DNA of 64,000 bases from Candidatus Moraniibacteriota bacterium (GCA_041596615.1 JBFHIG010000003.1:21880-85879), one strand, 5' to 3'. Counted from the first letter of the stretch, positions 17,823 to 28,323 are shown. Numbers and translations are program-made. Notes: generated from the sequence alone by a model not told the origin.

Positions 17823-18779
17823 ATGCACAAAACAGTTTTACTGAATGAGTCTATAGAGCAATTGAAGCTGAAAAATGGAGATATAGTTGTTGATGCAACG
17901 CTTGGTATGGGAGGACACACAATTGAGCTTGCAAGGGCCGTTGGAGAAACTGGAAAAATAATTGCGATTGATATGGACAGTGTTGCAATCGACGAGGCAA
18001 AAAAAAGAATAAAAAAAGAAGAGGAAGCTCTTTTAAAAAGAATAATTTTTGTAAAAGATAATTTTAAGAACATTGATAAAATAGTTGTTGGACAGGGGAC
18101 TTCAGCGACTAAAGTAAAAGGTGTTTTGGCTGATCTAGGCTGGAGAATCGAACAAATTGGTGATCCAAAGTATGGCCTAAGTTTCAATGTCGATGCAAGA
18201 TTGAATATGCGATTGGGAGGAAAAGAAGAAGGAACGGAAGATGCATTCGACATCGTAAACTCCTGGTCATCTGAGGATTTAGAGAGATTGTTTCGTGAGC
18301 TTGGGGAAGAAAAATTTTCTAGGAAAATTGCCATCGCCATCAAAGAAGCTAGAGAGGAGAAACAAATACAAACAACCATAGAGTTAGCTAAAATTATTGA
18401 AAAAACGGTAGGATTTGCTAGTAAAAAATATGGCAAAAAGATTCATCCTGCGACAAAAGTGTTTCAGGCTCTAAGGATTCAAGTCAATAGTGAGTTGAAT
18501 AATTTGAACACTTTTTTGCAAAATGCATTTGATATTTTACAAAAAGAAGGAAGGTTAGCAATTATTTCTTTTCATTCGATTGAGGATAGAATTGTTAAGA
18601 ATTTTTTTAAGGAACAGACAAAGGGGTGTGTATGTCCAAAAGAATTTCCAATATGCCAATGTGGAAAAAAACCAAGGGCAAGATTGATAACAAAAAGGCC
18701 AATTATCTCTGGGGAGGTAGAACTTGCCGATAATCGCAGGGCAAGAAGTGCTAAGCTTAGGGTTGTTGAGAAAATTTAG
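17823..18779 (+). CDS. rsmH: 16S rRNA (cytosine1402-N4)-methyltransferase
   Basis: 318 aa. HKTVLLNESI, DATLGMGGH, and HPATKVFQALRIQVN...ISFHSIEDR. Confidence 0.93.
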   Translation: MHKTVLLNESIEQLKLKNGDIVVDATLGMGGHTIELARAVGETGKIIAIDMDSVAIDEAKKRIKKEEEALLKRIIFVKDNFKNIDKIVVGQGTSATKVKGVLADLGWRIEQIGDPKYGLSFNVDARLNMRLGGKEEGTEDAFDIVNSWSSEDLERLFRELGEEKFSRKIAIAIKEAREEKQIQTTIELAKIIEKTVGFASKKYGKKIHPATKVFQALRIQVNSELNNLNTFLQNAFDILQKEGRLAIISFHSIEDRIVKNFFKEQTKGCVCPKEFPICQCGKKPRARLITKRPIISGEVELADNRRARSAKLRVVEKI

Positions 18780-18825
18780 GAATAAAAATAGATAAAAATT
18801 AAAAGCGTTAGGGGGCAACGTTAAT

Positions 18826-19191
18826 GTGTTAGCATATTCGGTTGCAAAAAAAAATAAAAACATTGAAAGATGTGAAAAAGTTCAGAAAAAATCCGAATTT
18901 GGTTTTGTTTTGTCTTTTTCGTTGGTTATAAACTTACTGGTAATCATAGTTGTAATTTTAGGTGTAATGTACGTTCTACAAACCAATAAGTTGGCTACAA
19001 TGGGTTATGAGATGAAAGAAAAGGAAAATATAATCAATGCTTTATATAAAGATAACGAAGCTCTTAAGATTCATGCTGCTGAATTAAAATCAATGCATCA
19101 ACTTGAAATTGAAAAGGAAGCGATGAATTTGAAGAAACCTGGGGAAGTTGATTATTTGGAAGTTGATGATTCTGTGGCAATGGGGAGGTAG
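18826..19191 (+). CDS. ftsL: FtsL/DivIC-like cell-division protein (single TM plus coiled coil)
   Basis: 121 aa, GTG start. TM segment FVLSFSLVINLLVIIVVILGVMYVL followed by a coiled-coil stretch. It occupies the canonical position between rsmH and ftsI. Confidence 0.55.
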   Translation: MLAYSVAKKNKNIERCEKVQKKSEFGFVLSFSLVINLLVIIVVILGVMYVLQTNKLATMGYEMKEKENIINALYKDNEALKIHAAELKSMHQLEIEKEAMNLKKPGEVDYLEVDDSVAMGR

Positions 19192-19199
19192 TAAAAAAC

Positions 19200-21074
19200 A
19201 TGCTCAAAAAAGGAAAAAAAAGACGAGGGGCGTTAAAACCTAGTGCTATGAAAGAAATTTTACCAAAATCTAGAATATATTTGGTTATTTTAGTTATTTT
19301 AGTTTTTACTTCCATTATTATAGCTCAACTATTTAAGTTGCAAGTTAAAAATAGTCCTAAGTATGTAAATTTAGCAAGAAAACAACACAGTGTCAGCCAA
19401 AGCATATTGCCTTCACGAGGTGAAATTTTTTTGCGTCAAAAAGATGAAAAATTTTCAGTTGCTGTTAATCGAGAGTTGAAAACCGTTTTTGCGATTCCTA
19501 AAGAAATCAAAGATCCTGTCTCGATTGCATCAAAAATTTCCTCAATTTTAGGTCTAGATGAAGGAGATGTTCTAAAAAAACTTTCTAAAAAAGATGATTT
19601 GTATGAAGTTTTGGAAAGAAGGGTTGATATTGAGTTATTTTCTGAAATTGAAAAAATGAAACTAGAAGGAATCTATGGAGAGAGTGAATATTGGAGATAC
19701 TACCCAGGTGATTCACTAGCGGCTCATGTAGTAGGTTTTGTTGGGTATAATGATGATAAATTATCTGGAAGATATGGGATAGAGAGTGAATTAGAGAAGA
19801 ATCTCAGTGGAGAAGAAGGAATGATGCAGCAAGAAAAGGATGTTTTCGGTAGGTGGATCTCTGTTGGTACAAAATCAACCAGACCGAAACGTGATGGTCA
19901 AGATATTGTTTTAACTTTAGAGAGTGTATTGCAGTTTAAAGCAGAAACCGCACTAAAAAATACTGTTAAGAGACACGATGCCGACAGTGGCAAAGTTATT
20001 ATCACCAATCCCAAAACAGGTGAAATTTTAGCCTTGGCTGCATATCCAACTTTTAATTTAAATGAGTACTCAAAAGTTGAAGACATTAGTGTTTTTAAAA
20101 ACTCTTTAATCTCAGATGAATATGAGTGTGGTTCTGTTTTTAAACCCATAACAATGTCTATTGGTTTGGATACTGGAAAGGTTCATCCAGAAACTACCTA
20201 TATCGATAGAGGAATTGTCTCTGAGGCTGGTTTCAAGATTAAAAATTCAGACGGAAAGGCATATCAGCAACAAACAATGACGCAAATCATAGAAAAATCC
20301 TTGAATACAGGAGTTATTTTTGTGGAAAAGCAAATTGGGAATCAGCAATTTCTTAGATATGTAGAGGATTTTGGTTTTGGGGAAATAACAGGAATAACTC
20401 TTCCAGGCGAAGCAGATGGAAATATTTCAAATTTAAAAACAAATAGGGATATTGAATATTTCACAGCATCCTTTGGGCAAGGAATTAGTGTCACACCATT
20501 GCAATTGGCGATGGCATACGGAGCAATGGCCAATGGGGGTGATTTGTTAAAGCCTCAAATCATAGGCAGTGTTATCGATGGAAATGGCGATGAGGAAAAA
20601 ACAGGTGTTGAAAAAATTAGATCAGTTATCTCCAAGCAAACATCAAGAGAAATATCCTTGATGCTGGAGAGTAATATTCTCAATGGACATGGGAAAATGG
20701 CCGGAGTTCCAGGATATCGTATCGCTGGAAAAACGGGAACCGCACAAATTCCAGATAAGGAAAAGGGAGGTTATTTGGAAAATGCAACAGCAGGAACCTT
20801 TGCTGGTTATGGACCCGTTGATGATCCAATCTTTGCAATGGTTACAATAATAGATTATCCTAAAGATGTGAAATGGGCAGAAAGTACAGCAGCTCCAATT
20901 TTTGGTGAGTTAGCAAAAGTGATTCTTGATTATTATGCGGTGAAGCCAACAGAAGAATATGATTCGAAGGATTTAGAAGAATTTGCCCAGACTCATAACT
21001 ATCTTTTAAGTGAAGCGGAGGCTGAGGCCGAGAAAGAAGAGATTGAAAGAGACAAAAATAAAATAGATAATTGA
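19200..21074 (+). CDS. ftsI: Class B penicillin-binding protein (transpeptidase, FtsI/PBP2-like)
   Basis: 624 aa. N-terminal TM anchor, SxxK (SVFKP), SxN (SLN) and KTG (KTGTA) motifs. Confidence 0.9.
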   Translation: MLKKGKKRRGALKPSAMKEILPKSRIYLVILVILVFTSIIIAQLFKLQVKNSPKYVNLARKQHSVSQSILPSRGEIFLRQKDEKFSVAVNRELKTVFAIPKEIKDPVSIASKISSILGLDEGDVLKKLSKKDDLYEVLERRVDIELFSEIEKMKLEGIYGESEYWRYYPGDSLAAHVVGFVGYNDDKLSGRYGIESELEKNLSGEEGMMQQEKDVFGRWISVGTKSTRPKRDGQDIVLTLESVLQFKAETALKNTVKRHDADSGKVIITNPKTGEILALAAYPTFNLNEYSKVEDISVFKNSLISDEYECGSVFKPITMSIGLDTGKVHPETTYIDRGIVSEAGFKIKNSDGKAYQQQTMTQIIEKSLNTGVIFVEKQIGNQQFLRYVEDFGFGEITGITLPGEADGNISNLKTNRDIEYFTASFGQGISVTPLQLAMAYGAMANGGDLLKPQIIGSVIDGNGDEEKTGVEKIRSVISKQTSREISLMLESNILNGHGKMAGVPGYRIAGKTGTAQIPDKEKGGYLENATAGTFAGYGPVDDPIFAMVTIIDYPKDVKWAESTAAPIFGELAKVILDYYAVKPTEEYDSKDLEEFAQTHNYLLSEAEAEAEKEEIERDKNKIDN

Positions 21075-21087
21075 TAATTTATAAAAT

Positions 21088-22413
21088 ATGAAGAAATCAA
21101 AAAAAGCGAAATTTTTAGAAACGACGTTGCGTTTTATGGCAATTGGAATTTTGAAAAGACATAAGCCAAAGATTGTTGCTATTACGGGAAGTGTTGGAAA
21201 GACCACAACAAAAGATATGACATGGAAATTATTGGAAAAATATTTCAATGTTAGGAAGAATATTAAAAATTATAATAATGAAATTGGAGTGCCCTTGACT
21301 ATCATTGGGGCTGAATCTGGAGAAAATTCTTTTCTAAAATGGGCATTGGTTTTTTTGAAATGGATTGGCGCAATGTTATCTCGTGAGTATCCGGAAATTT
21401 TAGTTCTAGAAATGGGGGCTGATAAGCCAGGAGATATTAAATATTTAACCAGTTTTATTCCTGTTGATGTTGGTGTTATAACAAACATTGGGATTTCTCA
21501 TCTTGAAAATTTTAAAACCAAAAAGGGTGTAGCAATCGAGAAAAGTCAGCTTGTCAGAAGTGTCCCGGTTAATGGACTGGCTATTTTAAATAGTGACGAT
21601 GAAGAATGTCAGAAGATAGCACCAAACTTAAAAACCAATGTTATTAAATGTGGCTTCAATGAGGACGCGACGATGTTGGGAAGCGATGTTGTTTATGGCT
21701 ATAGTTCGCTTGAAACTAGAAGTGGAAAAAAGATTAAACTGGTAAAGGGTATTTTATTTAAATTAAGTTATCAGGGCAAGATAATCCCAATTAAACTGAA
21801 ACATGCACTTGGTTATCCTCAGGTTTATGCAGCTATGAATGCTTTTGCTGTAGGTGAATATTTTAAGTTAAATAAATTTGAAGCAGCCGAGGCTTTGCAG
21901 GAATTTATTCCACCCTCAGGCAGGATGGTTTTGATGCCAGGAATTAAAAATTCAGCTGTGATTGACGATACCTATAATAGCGCGCCAGAAAGCGTTAATG
22001 CTTGCATAACGACACTCGAAAAAATAGAAGCTGAGAGAAAAATTGTAGTATTGGGAGACATGCTTGAGCTTGGAAATGAGGAAGAGAATGCGCACAGAGA
22101 AATAGGGAGAAAAATTGCTAACTTAGCACCAGATTTTTTTGTGGCAGTTGGCAAAAGAATGAGATATGCTGCTGAGGAATATAGAAAAAATGCCAAAAAC
22201 AAGGATTCTATCGGTTGCTTTGATTCACCAATAGAAGCAATGATTTTTGTTCAACACACCTTAAAAGAGGGAGATGTTGTTTTAGTTAAAGGCTCTCAAG
22301 GGATGAGAATGGAGAAGATTGTTGAAGAAATTATGCGACAACCAGATAAGAAAAGGGATTTATTAGTCAGACAAGATGAGACTTGGCAAAAAAAGGAATT
22401 TGTAGCACCATAA
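21088..22413 (+). CDS. murF: UDP-N-acetylmuramoyl-tripeptide--D-alanyl-D-alanine ligase
   Basis: 441 aa. Mur ligase P-loop ITGSVGKTTTKD and C-terminal LVKGSQGMRME. Confidence 0.9.
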   Translation: MKKSKKAKFLETTLRFMAIGILKRHKPKIVAITGSVGKTTTKDMTWKLLEKYFNVRKNIKNYNNEIGVPLTIIGAESGENSFLKWALVFLKWIGAMLSREYPEILVLEMGADKPGDIKYLTSFIPVDVGVITNIGISHLENFKTKKGVAIEKSQLVRSVPVNGLAILNSDDEECQKIAPNLKTNVIKCGFNEDATMLGSDVVYGYSSLETRSGKKIKLVKGILFKLSYQGKIIPIKLKHALGYPQVYAAMNAFAVGEYFKLNKFEAAEALQEFIPPSGRMVLMPGIKNSAVIDDTYNSAPESVNACITTLEKIEAERKIVVLGDMLELGNEEENAHREIGRKIANLAPDFFVAVGKRMRYAAEEYRKNAKNKDSIGCFDSPIEAMIFVQHTLKEGDVVLVKGSQGMRMEKIVEEIMRQPDKKRDLLVRQDETWQKKEFVAP

Positions 22414-22414
22414 T

Positions 22415-22780
22415 ATGTCTTTTTTAGTTAAAAGAGATACGCAAAAAAAGAACGTAAAATATTTTGGATTTATATTTTGGATTCATTTATTACTTATTTT
22501 ATTTGCCTATCTATCGCCCTTTTTGTTTGATTGGAGGGTTATTGTTCTAGGATCGGTTGTCTTGATAATCCAATATTATCTATTTGATGGCTGTCTTTTG
22601 AATAAGGCGCAATTTAATGATACCAGTGAGGTGTTTTTGTATCCTTATCTCACAATGCTTGGCTTAAAAATTAACAGGTATTTTTTTAGAATCTTTATAA
22701 GATATGTTTTGCCAATAATACTGGTAGTATTTGCAATAATCTGGCAGGTAATACTAGGCATAGATCCTTTAATATTTTAA
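22415..22780 (+). CDS. Hypothetical membrane protein (121 aa)
   Basis: Four hydrophobic segments. The start is 1 nt after the murF stop. No confident family. Confidence 0.6.
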   Translation: MSFLVKRDTQKKNVKYFGFIFWIHLLLILFAYLSPFLFDWRVIVLGSVVLIIQYYLFDGCLLNKAQFNDTSEVFLYPYLTMLGLKINRYFFRIFIRYVLPIILVVFAIIWQVILGIDPLIF

Positions 22781-22790
22781 GTTTATCGAT

Positions 22791-22822
22791 AAAAAAGTAG
22801 ACATAGGCATGTCTACTTTTTT
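22791..22822. terminator. Bidirectional terminator between convergent genes
   Basis: AAAAAA, then GTAGACAT (22797-22804), loop AGGC, ATGTCTAC (22809-22816), then TTTTTT. Confidence 0.7.
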
Positions 22823-22855
22823 GTTTTCAATTTTAGCAACAGTACCTTTTAAATT

Positions 22856-23719
22856 TTATTGCTCAGTTTCTTCATTCCCAAGGTTTTCGATAACTCCCTT
22901 AAAAGTTTCATAAGAATCTTTACAGTTGTATACGCCTATAATATCCATATCGTAAAGTCTAACAGCTGCTTGGAAGCTTCTAATGGGATCTTTATCAAAA
23001 ACGACGAAGGTTCTAAGTGGCAGACTATCTTTCTTCTTTTCTATATCTTCGAGGGGTACATTGATCGATCCATTGATGTGATCAAGCGCAAAGTCAACCT
23101 CTGGTCGAGTGTCTATGAACTTTAATTTTGAACCCTCCATAAGTTGATCGATTAGTTCTTTTGCTGAGTAGGAAGTTACCTTTAAGAGATCTTCTTGTAC
23201 AAGAGGATTCCCAATTGTAACCAGATTATATCCTTCATGTGAATAGTTCACAATTCCACCGTCAAGATATTTAACTTCTAAGCCCTCGTTTCGTAGATGT
23301 TCAGAAAGTATTTTGCCTTTTGTGGAATTGTTTCTGTCAATTAGGACGATAGTCTTGGTCTTGCTTAGCAATTGAGTTTTCTCATTAAGTTCTGACAGAG
23401 GGATGTTAATTGAAGATTCAATGTGTTTTAAAACAAATTCGTCCTTTTCTCGCATGTCTACTAATTGAAAATTGTCATTTCTAATTGCCTTGGCAACATC
23501 TTTTGGCGAAATAGTTGGGACCTCCAAATTCTCGTCTCTTTTTTCTTGTTCAGATGCAGCATCTCTCTTTTCGATATCTCTTTTTTCTTTGTCTAATCTT
23601 TTGAAATAGAAAAAGATAGAAATTGCTATGATTAAAATAATTGCTATAATTACTGGCCAAAAAGAAAGAGTTTGTTTTGGTGGCAATCTTCTATATGAGG
23701 GTTTTTGTATTTGTTGCAT
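22856..23719 (-). CDS. Membrane-anchored tandem rhodanese-homology-domain protein
   Basis: 287 aa. N-terminal TM, then two rhodanese-like units (QLVDMREKDEFVLKHIESSINIPL and KFIDTRPEVDFALDHINGSINVPL). Neither active-site loop contains a Cys. Confidence 0.75.
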   Translation of the reverse strand: MQQIQKPSYRRLPPKQTLSFWPVIIAIILIIAISIFFYFKRLDKEKRDIEKRDAASEQEKRDENLEVPTISPKDVAKAIRNDNFQLVDMREKDEFVLKHIESSINIPLSELNEKTQLLSKTKTIVLIDRNNSTKGKILSEHLRNEGLEVKYLDGGIVNYSHEGYNLVTIGNPLVQEDLLKVTSYSAKELIDQLMEGSKLKFIDTRPEVDFALDHINGSINVPLEDIEKKKDSLPLRTFVVFDKDPIRSFQAAVRLYDMDIIGVYNCKDSYETFKGVIENLGNEETEQ

Positions 23720-23724
23720 GTTTT

Positions 23725-24678
23725 TTATTTTAAAATTGTTCTAATGAAATTTGGTTTTCCATTTATAAAATCTTTGGCCAAAAGCTCTTTTTTGCCTTCT
23801 AATTGAATGGTTTGAATCAATAAAGCACCATTTATTGTCTGAATAAGCAAGTTGTCATTATTTTTAAAAATTTGCCCTATTTCTTGCTGGTAATTTTCAG
23901 TTGTATAATCAGAAAAAGTTAAGGTAATTTTTCTTTTTGAGTTTTTTTCTTCAAAAAAAGCATATGTTTTCGGCCAAAGATGAAAAGCGCGGTATGCATT
24001 AAAAATATCTCTTGCGCTTTGTTTGTACCAATCAATCTTACCGTCTTGCTTTTTAATCATTTGGGTAAGTGATTTGCTTTTTTCGTTCTGCGAAACCGGT
24101 TCAATTTCTTTTTTTATAATCTTTTCTAATATTGGCACAAGAACTTCATTGGACAGCTCGATTAGTTTGTTCTCTAGCTCAAGATATCTATCTTTTTTGT
24201 CTACGAGAACACTTTTTTTGGAAAAAACAGGACCAGTGTCAATGCCTTCATCCATTAGCATTATTGAAATACCAGATTCTTTGCGCCCCTGTTTTAGTGT
24301 AGCATGGATTGGTGAGGAGCCACGAAACTCTGGTAAGAGAGACGCGTGAATATTAATGCATCCAAAGGTTGGGATTCTTAAAACTTCTTTTGGTAAAATA
24401 ATTCCATATGCTGCGACTATGATTAAATCAGGTTTTCTATTTTCAATAAAAGCAATTACGTCTTTAGTCAATCTTTGTTCTTGTCTTAGCTCAAGATTAA
24501 ATTTTAGAGCAGATTTTTTAACAGGAGTTTCTGTTAAAATCGCCTTTCTGCCAACTGGTTTGTCTGGTTGCGTGAAAACACAATCAATTTGAACTCCTTT
24601 TTTAATCAAGTTTTCTAAAATCTCGCTTGCAAAACGAGGAGTCCCCATAAAAACTACTTTTTTTGAGAGTAATGACAT
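23725..24678 (-). CDS. fmt: Methionyl-tRNA formyltransferase
   Basis: 317 aa. Motifs FMGTPRFASEIL and NIHASLLPEFRGSSPI. Confidence 0.93.
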   Translation of the reverse strand: MSLLSKKVVFMGTPRFASEILENLIKKGVQIDCVFTQPDKPVGRKAILTETPVKKSALKFNLELRQEQRLTKDVIAFIENRKPDLIIVAAYGIILPKEVLRIPTFGCINIHASLLPEFRGSSPIHATLKQGRKESGISIMLMDEGIDTGPVFSKKSVLVDKKDRYLELENKLIELSNEVLVPILEKIIKKEIEPVSQNEKSKSLTQMIKKQDGKIDWYKQSARDIFNAYRAFHLWPKTYAFFEEKNSKRKITLTFSDYTTENYQQEIGQIFKNNDNLLIQTINGALLIQTIQLEGKKELLAKDFINGKPNFIRTILK

Positions 24679-25146
24679 TTATTTATTTTCTGTTTTGGAA
24701 AGTCTATTATTTTCTACGTGATCAATAAAAAGAGTTCCTCCTAAATGATCAATTTCATGTTGAATGGCTCTGGCGAAAAAACCACGAGCACGTATGATTT
24801 GTTTTTTGCCATTTGCATCAACTGCTTTGACCTTAATCTTCTCATAACGCTCAACTTGCAAAAATTTTCCAGGAAACGAAAGACAACCTTCTTCGGATGT
24901 GATTTTATTTCCAGATAATTTTTTGATTTCAGGATTAATTAAGACGAAAAGTTCGTCCTCTATTTCAATTATGCAAAGTTGAATATTCACGCCAATTTGT
25001 GGTGCAGCAAGGCCAACTCCTTTATTCGCCCTGAGAGTGTCTATCATTTCGGTAATCAACTTTTTTATCTTTTCATCAGTTGGGTTAATTATCCTTTTAG
25101 ACTTTTCTCTTAGTATATCATTTGGAAACGTTATTAATTCTAGCAT
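24679..25146 (-). CDS. def: Peptide deformylase
   Basis: 155 aa. Motifs GVGLAAPQIG, EGCLSFPG and QHEIDHLGG. Confidence 0.95.
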   Translation of the reverse strand: MLELITFPNDILREKSKRIINPTDEKIKKLITEMIDTLRANKGVGLAAPQIGVNIQLCIIEIEDELFVLINPEIKKLSGNKITSEEGCLSFPGKFLQVERYEKIKVKAVDANGKKQIIRARGFFARAIQHEIDHLGGTLFIDHVENNRLSKTENK

Positions 25147-25212
25147 CAGACAATCTTTATGTTATTATTTTTTTGAAGCACTTCACTTTCCTTAAGTGTC
25201 GATGTGATTATT

Positions 25213-27171
25213 TTAGAAAATTGATTCGGAATCAACATCAATAATCCATTCATCTGGAACTGTTCTGGAAATTGTGTTCCAGGTTGCTGAAGTGAAGGAG
25301 GTTGTTTTCAGAAGAATGTGCTTCTCTAATCTTCCACGAACCTTCTTTATTGTACCAAAATATGGATATTCAACCAAGGTTTTAGAATTATTAAATGCCT
25401 TGGATAGTTGATTATACACTATTTTTGTTTTTTTGGATAGAACTTCTTCATTAGTATTTTTTAGTGTTAGTCTAATGATAAAAGAAAATGGGGGATAGAG
25501 AAAGTGTTTCCTTGTTTCCAGCTCTTCCTTGGCGAATTCTAGCCAGTTTTGATTTTTTAGAAACCCCAGAAGATCATTTTCGGTGTTGTATGTTTGAAGA
25601 ACGCATTTTCCGGTTTGTTTGCTATTTGCTCGATTAAGTCTCCCTGAAAGTTGAAATAAATTCCCAAGCCATCTTTCATCAAAACGAAAATCTGTTTGAC
25701 CGGCCCAATTGTCAATATTCATAGTAGCAACAAGTTCGATGTTTGGCAGATCAAAGCCTTTTGCAATGGAATATGTTCCCACGAGGATATCAATTTCACC
25801 CGAGCTTAACCTCTTGAAAAGAGCTTCTCTTTCAGGTATTTTTTCTAAAATAGTGCTGTCAATAAACTCTATTCTCGCGTTAGAGTAGTGCTTTCTAAGA
25901 AAGTCGGATACTCCTTCGGTGCCAAATCCGATGTCTTTTAAGCGGAAACTCCTGCAAGAAGGGCATTGTGTTAAGCTGGATGATTTAAAAGAGCAATGCA
26001 GGCATCGATAAAAGCTTTTTTCGTGAATAAGGGGTAAATTACAAGAAGGACACTGCAATCTCTTTTTGCAATCAGTGCAATAGACAAATTTACTTTTTCC
26101 TCTTCTGGGGACCAAGATAAGTGAAATTTTATTTCTTCCTAGGACATTTTCAATCTCGTTCTTAAGTTCTTTGGAAAAAGGCACACCTCCTTTTGCGCCA
26201 TATAATTTTCGCATGTCTGGCAAAAGAAAGGTTGGTTTTTTTATTTCAAAATCTTTGGTTTTTAGTCTTGGTATTTCTAATAGAGAGTATTTCTTATCCA
26301 CGACTTTTTTAACAGATTCAAGTGAGGGAGTGCTTGAGACAAAAACTGTTTTTGTATTGTGGATTTTGGTCATCATTTCTGCAACAACCCTAACGTGATA
26401 ACGAGGAGATTGTTCCCACTGTTTATGTGAAATATCTTGTTCCTCATCAATTACAATCAGGCCTAAGTTTTTGAATGGTAGAAACAGGCCAATCCTTGTT
26501 GTTATTATTATATCAGCGACGCCAGAGCGAATTTGGTTAAGTGAAAAAGTCACTTCTGATGATTTCAATTTTGAATGAAAGAATAAAATATTGTTATTAG
26601 GAAACCTTTTTTTGTACCTGATGATTTCTTGATTGGAAAGAAAAATTTCAGGAATAACGAGGAGTGATTGTTTTTTTTCTTGAACGGCTTGTTGCATAAC
26701 GTTCATAACGACCTCGGTTTTTCCAGCAGAGGCTGGTCCAAAAAGCAGAAAAGGCTTTGCTACTTTCCTCGCCTTTATTATCTCAACGGCCCCTTTTTGT
26801 TCTTTCGTGAGAGTAATTTTTTGATCAAGTTCATTGTCTTTTTTAAGATAGCAAGCAGTTTCCTTTTTTGCGAATTTTGGAATAAACTGCTTTGTTACAA
26901 CGCCCAATGAAGTGATGTAATAAGTAGAAATTTGTTTAGCTAACTTAATTTGATTCGAATTTAAAAAGTCGCGAGCAATGACCTTTGTAATTGATCTTGT
27001 CTTAAATGTTGGGGGAATAGTCTTTTTTATTACGACACCTTTTATTTTTTTTCTCCCAAAATTAATTTCAATCAATGTGCCAGTGTCTAATTCTTCCTTG
27101 GTACTATAAGTGAAGACCTGTGGTTTATTCCGAGATACTTTAGTAAGCGGAATAACGTCGATATATTTCAT
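25213..27171 (-). CDS. priA: Primosomal replication-restart helicase PriA
   Basis: 652 aa. Walker A GPASAGKTEV, VIDEEQD box, and the Cys-rich zinc region CTDCKKRLQCPSC...CLHC...CPSC. Confidence 0.92.
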   Translation of the reverse strand: MKYIDVIPLTKVSRNKPQVFTYSTKEELDTGTLIEINFGRKKIKGVVIKKTIPPTFKTRSITKVIARDFLNSNQIKLAKQISTYYITSLGVVTKQFIPKFAKKETACYLKKDNELDQKITLTKEQKGAVEIIKARKVAKPFLLFGPASAGKTEVVMNVMQQAVQEKKQSLLVIPEIFLSNQEIIRYKKRFPNNNILFFHSKLKSSEVTFSLNQIRSGVADIIITTRIGLFLPFKNLGLIVIDEEQDISHKQWEQSPRYHVRVVAEMMTKIHNTKTVFVSSTPSLESVKKVVDKKYSLLEIPRLKTKDFEIKKPTFLLPDMRKLYGAKGGVPFSKELKNEIENVLGRNKISLILVPRRGKSKFVYCTDCKKRLQCPSCNLPLIHEKSFYRCLHCSFKSSSLTQCPSCRSFRLKDIGFGTEGVSDFLRKHYSNARIEFIDSTILEKIPEREALFKRLSSGEIDILVGTYSIAKGFDLPNIELVATMNIDNWAGQTDFRFDERWLGNLFQLSGRLNRANSKQTGKCVLQTYNTENDLLGFLKNQNWLEFAKEELETRKHFLYPPFSFIIRLTLKNTNEEVLSKKTKIVYNQLSKAFNNSKTLVEYPYFGTIKKVRGRLEKHILLKTTSFTSATWNTISRTVPDEWIIDVDSESIF

Positions 27172-27192
27172 CTGTGATTTTTGAATAATCTA

Positions 27193-27987
27193 CTAGCTTA
27201 TTTTCCAGTGGCCAACAAGATATCCTACTCCGATTGGTCCTTCGTATGAAAGTTGTTTGAAGGAGTGTCTATGAGCTTCTAGTGCTCCTAGCGCGACGAT
27301 AATTGAGCGCAAGCCACATTCTCCAGCTTCTTCACAAAAATCAGGGTTTAAATTCATTATTTTTGCAACTTCATTTTTTTTCAATAATTCTGTTAATGTT
27401 TGGTCGAATTTAACACCATAGGGTGAAAAGCCAGCAGGTGCATCTTCTGTTAATCTGTGTGACATGTCACCACTAGCAATTATTGCAATATTTTGATCAA
27501 TATTATCAATAACTTCGTTGATAAATCTGCCAAAATTGAAATGAGTTTCCCAATCCAAGGCAGTATATGTAAGAGGAATTATTTTTGGTTTCCAGTCCAA
27601 ATCTTTCAACAGATGATGAAGTGGAATAAGAACCCCATGGTCGACATTAGATTCTCGAACAACTTCAAGCGGAAAGTGTTTTTTTCGCAATTCTGAAAAA
27701 ATTAATTTTGCAAGTGATTGATTGTTGGAGAACGAATAATCATTGCTTGAGGCCCCAAAATTAGAAAAACCACCTTTGAAGTTCTCTTCAAAGTTTATCG
27801 TGAACTTATCATATCTCATTGGTCCATGAGGGGAGATAATAATAATTGTTTCCGGTGCAGCCTTTTTGAACTCTTTTGCCAGTTTTTCCATTGCACCAAT
27901 AGTTTTTTTTGCAAGAATCGTTTGTGAGCCACCAATTTCTGGGATGATAATTGGAGGATGAGGGCAAATTGCTACAAAACTTAGCAT
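27193..27987 (-). CDS. Class III extradiol dioxygenase-like (LigB/Memo superfamily) protein
   Basis: 264 aa. Motifs ICPHPPIIIPEIGG, ISPHGP, DHGVLIPL and SGDMSHR. Substrate unknown. Confidence 0.65.
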   Translation of the reverse strand: MLSFVAICPHPPIIIPEIGGSQTILAKKTIGAMEKLAKEFKKAAPETIIIISPHGPMRYDKFTINFEENFKGGFSNFGASSNDYSFSNNQSLAKLIFSELRKKHFPLEVVRESNVDHGVLIPLHHLLKDLDWKPKIIPLTYTALDWETHFNFGRFINEVIDNIDQNIAIIASGDMSHRLTEDAPAGFSPYGVKFDQTLTELLKKNEVAKIMNLNPDFCEEAGECGLRSIIVALGALEAHRHSFKQLSYEGPIGVGYLVGHWKIS

Positions 27988-28156
27988 CTTAGTCTTGGTT
28001 ATTTTTAATTTAAGATAAACAGAAAATTTAAGTATTTTTCAGAAAAAAGCATAGTTAAAAAACTTCCATATATAACGATAGCAAAAGAGACCTTAACTGT
28101 CCAATTTGTGCAAGGGTTGTAAAGTTTGTAAGGTTTTTAAAGTTGGGACGCATGAT

Positions 28157-28213
28157 AATTTTCAATTTCCAATTTCTAATTTTCAAACAATTTCCAATTA
28201 GTTAATTTTCAAT
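28157..28213. repeat. TTNCAAT/TTCTAAT heptad low-complexity array
   Basis: TTTCAAT TTCCAAT TTCTAAT TTTCAAACAAT TTCCAAT ...TTTTCAAT. It abuts a GC-richer segment that contains GTCATTCCTGC (28236-28246). Confidence 0.7.
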
Positions 28214-28323
28214 GAAAAACCCCAGAAGAGAGGGCGTCATTCCTGCCCCAGTCCGCCTTGGCGAGTCAGAACGAGACAGGTCCCATACTCCAAACCAACT
28301 TCATATTATTATCATTGTGTCTT

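Noticed and set aside
17804-18436. A 210-aa minus-strand ORF antisense to rsmH. Similar long antisense ORFs lie at 37124-37636, 10256-10726 and 5403-5834.
   Set aside because: These are Ser/Phe/Ile-rich, low-complexity mirror images of Lys/Glu-rich sense genes with clear homology. Such shadow ORFs are expected in an AT-rich genome. They have no SD, no promoter and no independent motif.
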